Assembly (NCBI GenBank): GCA_023402015.1 | Contig: JAEXCU010000015.1 | Span: forward strand, 825-64,824 | DNA: 64,000 nt | DNA from: Pseudomonadota bacterium | Lineage (GTDB): Bacteria > Pseudomonadota > Alphaproteobacteria > Rs-D84 | Reading direction: 5' to 3' | Shown here: one piece after another, positions 59,263-64,000 of the stretch | Layout: each line of letters opens with the position of its first letter | How positions within the stretch are numbered: the stretch's first letter is position 1 | Program-made: the position numbers and the translations under genes | The notes under the pieces: generated by a model | The model's database searches: none | What the model was told of the DNA's origin: nothing | Seen by the model: only the letters and a program-made list of their open reading frames with translations

Positions 59263-59335
59263 ACCCTATTCCTGCCTTATCCACCCCATAAAAACATACG
59301 TTTTTACGGGGGCCCCGGGCGCAGGAATGACAAAA
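59262..59335. repeat. right-flank hairpin repeat of the GIY-YIG gene
   Basis: gaccctattcctgcc...gggcgcaggaatgaca is the reverse complement of the left-flank unit, with an insert of about 45 nt. Confidence 0.75.
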
Positions 59336-59375
59336 AAGTATGGAATTGTTTCCAATATTGGTGTATAATATGCCG

Positions 59376-59800
59376 GAATTCACAGCGATGTGGGTTCGGG
59401 GCTTTAGAAAGCCCGGCAAAACCGGTGCAGAAATGTACCGTTATCTAAACTGATTGCGGTGTCAACTGCACCGTTATCTCCCGGACTTATATGGTCGGGG
59501 AGCCGTTGGTTATATAACAGGGTTCGCCCAAAGACCAACGGAGTCGCTAAGTTTTGCCGATTTTCTAACTCCCCGACCGCCATCTTCTCTGGGCGGTCTT
59601 TTTGTTGGGAAACGGGTGAAAAAAATAAAATTAGCAATAAAAAATTCAGGCACCTGTTTCCCCGACCATGCGGGGGTTGTTTTCATACCTCATCCACACA
59701 TACTTGTATGAAAACACCCCGCACTTTGCATGGGGGCAATTATATAATTTTATATTGGTGCGCAAGACACTACTGAGTGAATTGTCCCCGCCCTGTTTCC
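59376..59800 (+). ncRNA. structured RNA of unknown class, copy 2 (5' core 59376..59603 plus conserved 3' domain)
   Basis: Putative promoter tggaat-17-tataat (-10 at 59364..59369). Helices: 59376-84/59389-97 (GCGA loop, two G.U pairs), 59423-30/59466-73, 59493-502/59569-78, 59503-10/59534-41, terminator-like 59575-98, and 59607-18/59651-62. Confidence 0.6.
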
Positions 59801-59915
59801 CCATATTATCCGCAATGACAAAGGAGTGGAAATGCCGGGGCCGCAATGACAAGGGCAAAATTCCACAAATAACAAACTTGCAAAGTGGTAATATTTATCT
59901 TAAAATTTACAGATA

Positions 59916-61955
59916 ATGAAATTTAAGAAAATTTTGCGTGTTTTGCTGAACATAATCTTTTGGGCGTTTGTCGCAGGTATCGCGGCATTGGCCGTGTTGG
60001 TTATGGTTTACGGCAACGATTTGCCCGATTATAAAAAATTGGCCACATATGCGCCACCCGTGGCAACACGCCTGTATGCATCCGACGGGTCGTTATTAAT
60101 TGAATACGCCGAAGAACGCCGCGTATTTATTGACTTTGTGGATTTGCCACCGCAATTGGTTAATGCATTTATCGCGGCCGAAGACCAAAATTTCTGGACG
60201 CATCCCGGCATTGATGTCCAGGGTATAACCCGCGCCGTTATAAACAATGGGGCGCGTATGTTGGGGTTTGATACGAATTTTTCCGGGGCGTCCACCATTA
60301 CCCAACAGGTGGCCAAGAATTTCTTCCTGACATCGGAACGCAGTTTATCGCGCAAGATTAAAGAGGCGATATTGGCCCTGCGTCTGGAACGCACATTTTC
60401 CAAACAGCATATTTTAACCCTGTATTTAAATCAGATTTTCTTGGGGGCGCGCGCATATGGTGTGGGGTCCGCGGCATTAATGTATTTCAATAAACCGGTA
60501 TCTGAATTAACCCTGGCGGAATGTGCGTTTTTGGCATCCCTGCCCAAGGCACCAAATAACCGCGACCGTGCGGTGGAACGTCGCAACTATGTTTTGCGTC
60601 GTATGGTGGACGAAGGATTTATAACGCAGGCGGATGCCGATGCCGCCGCGGCCGAAGAATTAAATATCAACAGTGGATTTACCGCCCAAATGGAAGAAGA
60701 TTTTCAGTACTTTGCCGAAGATGTTCGTCGGCAATTATTGACCACAATCGGGCGCGACACATTGTACAACGACGGGTTGTATATAAAAACCACCATTGTC
60801 CCAGAATTTCAGCGTGCGGCCGCCGCGGCATTGAACAAAGAACTGGATGCGTATAACGCCGGGCGCACTGAAAAATTACAGGGCGCAATTATCGCCATGA
60901 ATCCCCACACAGGCCGAATTGTCGCGATGACAGGCGGACGTTCTTTTAACGAAAGTTCGTTTAACCGTGCGACCCAGGCCATGCGTCAAATCGGGTCCAC
61001 GATAAAACCGTTTGTTTATTTGGCCGCGTTGGAACGTGGGGCATCGCCGGAAATGTTAATTCTGGATGCACCAATTGTTGGTTGGCGCGAAGACAACACG
61101 TTATGGAAACCTGAAAATTACGATAAAAAATTCTTGGGCGATGTGCCGTTGCGTTTGGCGTTGGAAACATCGCGCAATGTTCCGGCGGTGCGTTTGGTTG
61201 AACAAATCGGCGTTAATAATGCGATTGAGGCCGCCCAGCGTTTCGGTGTTTATCCGGCCGAACTGCGCAATATTAACCTGTCCCTGGCGTTGGGGTCGGG
61301 TGAAACAACGTTGGCAAAATTGGTATCTGGGTATTCTGCGTTTGTAAATGGCGGCCATGTTATTCAGCCAAAATTGGTTGATTACATAGAAGACAGATAT
61401 GGTCGCGTTATCGGTGGCGCCGCGCCAGAAATAATTGAATGGCGCGATGATTTATTGCCGCCCGAAACCACTGTTGGTACCGAACCATTGTCCGACCCAC
61501 AAAGTCTGTATCAAATTGTGTCTATATTACAGGGCGCGGTTGAACGCGGCACCGGGAAACAGGCGCGCGTTCCGGGCCACACCATTGCGGGTAAAACCGG
61601 AACCACCAATGATGTCAAGGACGTGTGGTTTGTCGGATTTTCCAAGAACTTAATCGCGGGTGTATATTTGGGATACGACACGCCAAAACCATTGGGACGT
61701 GGCGCGGGCAGTCATATGGCCGCGCGCGTGTTTGCGGATTTTATGACCGTTGCATTGGGCGCGGAAAAAAATCAACCATTTGCGGTTCCCGACGGCATGA
61801 CATTTATGCGTGTTAACCGTCGCAGTGGCGCGGCCGCATCCGCAGACCCCACGGGAATGATTATTTTAGAGGCATTTAAGCCCGGTCAAACCCCGAACCC
61901 GGCACCGCGTGCCAAATCTGCGGAATCTGGTCCTGTGGTGGGCGGCGTATTTTAA
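59916..61955 (+). CDS. mrcA: penicillin-binding protein 1A (bifunctional transglycosylase/transpeptidase)
   Basis: GT51 motifs EDQNFWTHPGID and GASTITQQ. Transpeptidase motifs STIKP, SRN, KTGTT. Confidence 0.9.
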   Translation: MKFKKILRVLLNIIFWAFVAGIAALAVLVMVYGNDLPDYKKLATYAPPVATRLYASDGSLLIEYAEERRVFIDFVDLPPQLVNAFIAAEDQNFWTHPGIDVQGITRAVINNGARMLGFDTNFSGASTITQQVAKNFFLTSERSLSRKIKEAILALRLERTFSKQHILTLYLNQIFLGARAYGVGSAALMYFNKPVSELTLAECAFLASLPKAPNNRDRAVERRNYVLRRMVDEGFITQADADAAAAEELNINSGFTAQMEEDFQYFAEDVRRQLLTTIGRDTLYNDGLYIKTTIVPEFQRAAAAALNKELDAYNAGRTEKLQGAIIAMNPHTGRIVAMTGGRSFNESSFNRATQAMRQIGSTIKPFVYLAALERGASPEMLILDAPIVGWREDNTLWKPENYDKKFLGDVPLRLALETSRNVPAVRLVEQIGVNNAIEAAQRFGVYPAELRNINLSLALGSGETTLAKLVSGYSAFVNGGHVIQPKLVDYIEDRYGRVIGGAAPEIIEWRDDLLPPETTVGTEPLSDPQSLYQIVSILQGAVERGTGKQARVPGHTIAGKTGTTNDVKDVWFVGFSKNLIAGVYLGYDTPKPLGRGAGSHMAARVFADFMTVALGAEKNQPFAVPDGMTFMRVNRRSGAAASADPTGMIILEAFKPGQTPNPAPRAKSAESGPVVGGVF

Positions 61956-62009
61956 TTTCAAATTAATTTTTTATGTGGTAAAATACAATTCAGCAATGGG
62001 GGGATTGTT

Positions 62010-62297
62010 ATGAAGAAATTTTTTGTATTAACGTTGGTTTTATTGTCGTTGGCCGCATGCAAAAAACAGGAAAATGTTTTCGTTTGTGGCGATTATAACG
62101 TACAGATTACTATGAGTCAGGACGGCGAAAAAATGAACGCGGTTATTAACGGCGATGAATTGGAATTGGTGCATGCCATTTCTGCATCCGGGGCGCGTTA
62201 TGTTGGCGTACTGAATGACACAAACGTGGAATTATGGAACAAAGGCAAAGACTGGACAATGTTTTTAAACGAAGAAGAACCAATCTTTTGCAAATAA
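62010..62297 (+). CDS. mliC: MliC-family lysozyme-inhibitor lipoprotein
   Basis: Lipobox LSLAAC and SASGARY motif typical of MliC. 95 aa. Confidence 0.7.
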   Translation: MKKFFVLTLVLLSLAACKKQENVFVCGDYNVQITMSQDGEKMNAVINGDELELVHAISASGARYVGVLNDTNVELWNKGKDWTMFLNEEEPIFCK

Positions 62298-62361
62298 TAC
62301 CTAAAATCGTTTATTTTAAAATATCTTTGTGATAAAATGTCAGCATAAGAAGGAGATTTTT

Positions 62362-63450
62362 ATGCTGACTGATTTTTTTCGGGCCCATGGTGCAACATTC
62401 TTTGCCAGTGGATGGATGCAATTTGCCGCCGCATTTGGATTGGCGTTTTTAATTATGCTGATATTCGGCCGTCCATTTATTAATGCCATGCACCGCATGC
62501 AGAAAAAGGGCCAACCAATCAGTGAAAATGTACCCGCCGCGCATCGGCAAAAGGCCGGAACACCAACCATGGGTGGAATACTGGTACTGATTGCGATTAT
62601 TATCCCCGGCATTTTATTCATGCCCATGAAAAATCCCACCGGGTGGATTGCGTTGTTGTCGCTGGTGATGTTTGGCTTAATCGGATTCGCTGATGACTAT
62701 AAAAAAGTGCGCAGTCAATCCAAAAAGGCGGCCAATGGTTTGTCGCCAATGTTGCGCCTGGGGATTGAGGCCGTATGTGTTATTATTTTGGCGTATTTAA
62801 TTAATTTAACGATGCCACCGTATATTCCGGAATATTCCCTGGCGCTGCCATTTGGGATTATTTTGCCATTGGGTATATTTTATTACGTGTTTGCGTATTT
62901 TGTTATCTGTGGTTCGGCAAATGCAACAAATATCACCGACGGGTTGGACGGGATGTTGGTTAAATTATATATGCCGGTGTTGATTGTTCTGGTGGTTGCA
63001 TTATATGGCGCAACCCGCATTGGATTTATGGATACGGTTATGTTCCTGCCCCAGGCATCGGGGTTGTACGCTGTGTTGGGCGCGGCATTTGGCGCAGTAT
63101 TGGGATTTTTGTGGTATAACGGTAAACCGGCCGCAATATTTATGGGCGACGTTGGGTCGTTGGCATTGGGCGGATTTATGGGTACGGTCGCCATGTTATT
63201 AAAATCAGAAATTATTATGGGAATTGCCGCCGGAATGATGGTATTGATATTGTTGTCTTCGTTTATTCAGACAATGTATTTCAAGGCAACCCGTATTGCA
63301 ACCGGAACCGGCCGGCGGGTTTTCCTGCGCGCGCCATTGCATCACCATTTTGAAGAACTGGGATGGTCAGAAACCAAAATCGTGGAACGGTTTTTCATAA
63401 TTTCGGTGCTGTTTTCCGGATTGGCATTGGTACTGTTGAAATTCGCATAA
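62362..63450 (+). CDS. mraY: phospho-N-acetylmuramoyl-pentapeptide transferase
   Basis: RBS aaggag. KAGTPTMGG, NATNITDGLDG, GDVGSLALGG, APLHHHFE motifs. Confidence 0.92.
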   Translation: MLTDFFRAHGATFFASGWMQFAAAFGLAFLIMLIFGRPFINAMHRMQKKGQPISENVPAAHRQKAGTPTMGGILVLIAIIIPGILFMPMKNPTGWIALLSLVMFGLIGFADDYKKVRSQSKKAANGLSPMLRLGIEAVCVIILAYLINLTMPPYIPEYSLALPFGIILPLGIFYYVFAYFVICGSANATNITDGLDGMLVKLYMPVLIVLVVALYGATRIGFMDTVMFLPQASGLYAVLGAAFGAVLGFLWYNGKPAAIFMGDVGSLALGGFMGTVAMLLKSEIIMGIAAGMMVLILLSSFIQTMYFKATRIATGTGRRVFLRAPLHHHFEELGWSETKIVERFFIISVLFSGLALVLLKFA

Positions 63451-63456
63451 ATTTGG

Positions 63457-63477
63457 GCCCGGGAAACCGGGCTTTTA
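63457..63477 (+). terminator. weak hairpin/terminator after mraY
   Basis: gcccgggaaaccgggctttta. Confidence 0.4.
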
Positions 63478-63534
63478 TATAAAATATTTTTCCGCAGTAT
63501 ATTTTCTTAAAAAAGATGATATAATATTTGCGAA

Positions 63535-64000
63535 ATGTTTAAACGAACCGAAGAAAGCAAACTTACCAGTTGGTATTTTGAAATTGATCGCCCGTTGTTG
63601 GGGTGTCTGGTCGTGCTGATATTCACGGGCATGCTGTTTATGGTGTCCGCCGGGTCGGTCGCCGCGGAACGTATTGGGCAACCGTGGCACTTTTTTATCA
63701 TGAAGGCATTGCCGTTTTATATTATTGGTTTGGCGACATTGTTCGGGGCCAGTATGCTGAATAAAAAATGGGTGCTGGGGATATCTGGGGTCAATGTTGC
63801 GGTCGGGTTGTTATTATTACTGATTACACTTGTTGCGCCCCATGTGATTAAGGGGTCCGCGCGTTTTGTTGCGCTGGGGCCATTTAATGTTATGCCGTCT
63901 GATATTATGAAGCCCGGTTTTATCATAATGACGGCGTGGTTCTTGGCCCAGATGAAGGCCCGATATGGCACGGATATATTTTTTAACAAAGATGCATGGC
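63535..64000 (+). CDS. ftsW: SEDS-family protein FtsW/RodA (C-terminus outside window)
   Basis: The frame from ATG 63535 stays open to the window end and is not in the supplied ORF track. It reads MFKRTEESKLTSWYFEIDRPLL...LIFTGMLFMVSAGS...VMPSDIMKPGFII, the typical SEDS N-terminus, and lies downstream of mraY. Confidence 0.7.
   Translation, partial: MFKRTEESKLTSWYFEIDRPLLGCLVVLIFTGMLFMVSAGSVAAERIGQPWHFFIMKALPFYIIGLATLFGASMLNKKWVLGISGVNVAVGLLLLLITLVAPHVIKGSARFVALGPFNVMPSDIMKPGFIIMTAWFLAQMKARYGTDIFFNKDAW

Overview
This 64-kb window comes from a divergent Gram-negative genome. The 16S rRNA has the short alphaproteobacterial V3 region, and the gene content (ppdK, several VirB6/TrbL-like genes, dense 'GTCATTGCGAG...GGCAATCC' palindromic repeats) looks Rickettsiales/Holosporales-like. 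That placement is inference only, since no search was possible.

Housekeeping content:
- skp-lpxD-fabZ, dnaX, rluD, and a linked 16S-tRNAIle-23S-5S operon
- mpg, tsaC, ppdK, rplU-rpmA, dnaQ, a UvrD-like helicase, rpmE, a degenerate SuhB-like gene
- PBP1A, mliC, mraY, and the 5' part of ftsW

Accessory content interleaved with it:
1. A tightly packed operon of three paralogous 400-450-aa proteins with prepilin-type N-termini, plus a zinc-ribbon membrane protein. A separate small pilin-like gene is paired with an OmpA-domain lipoprotein.
2. Four large secreted proteins sharing C-x6-C-x4/6-C motifs, and four small secreted furin/VSP-like Cys-repeat proteins.
3. An LRR plus kinase-like putative effector.
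4. Five paralogous VirB6/TrbL-like polytopic membrane proteins. Four are translationally coupled and one is divergent, with no other T4SS genes in the window.
5. Two families of structured-RNA-like elements, each present twice, with their own promoters and with compensatory base changes between copies.
6. Several interspersed repeat families that sit immediately 3' of rho-independent terminators. One hairpin-repeat pair brackets a GIY-YIG nuclease gene.

I saw no CRISPR array, transposase or integrase. All family names come from motif recognition by eye, and none was confirmed by a database search.
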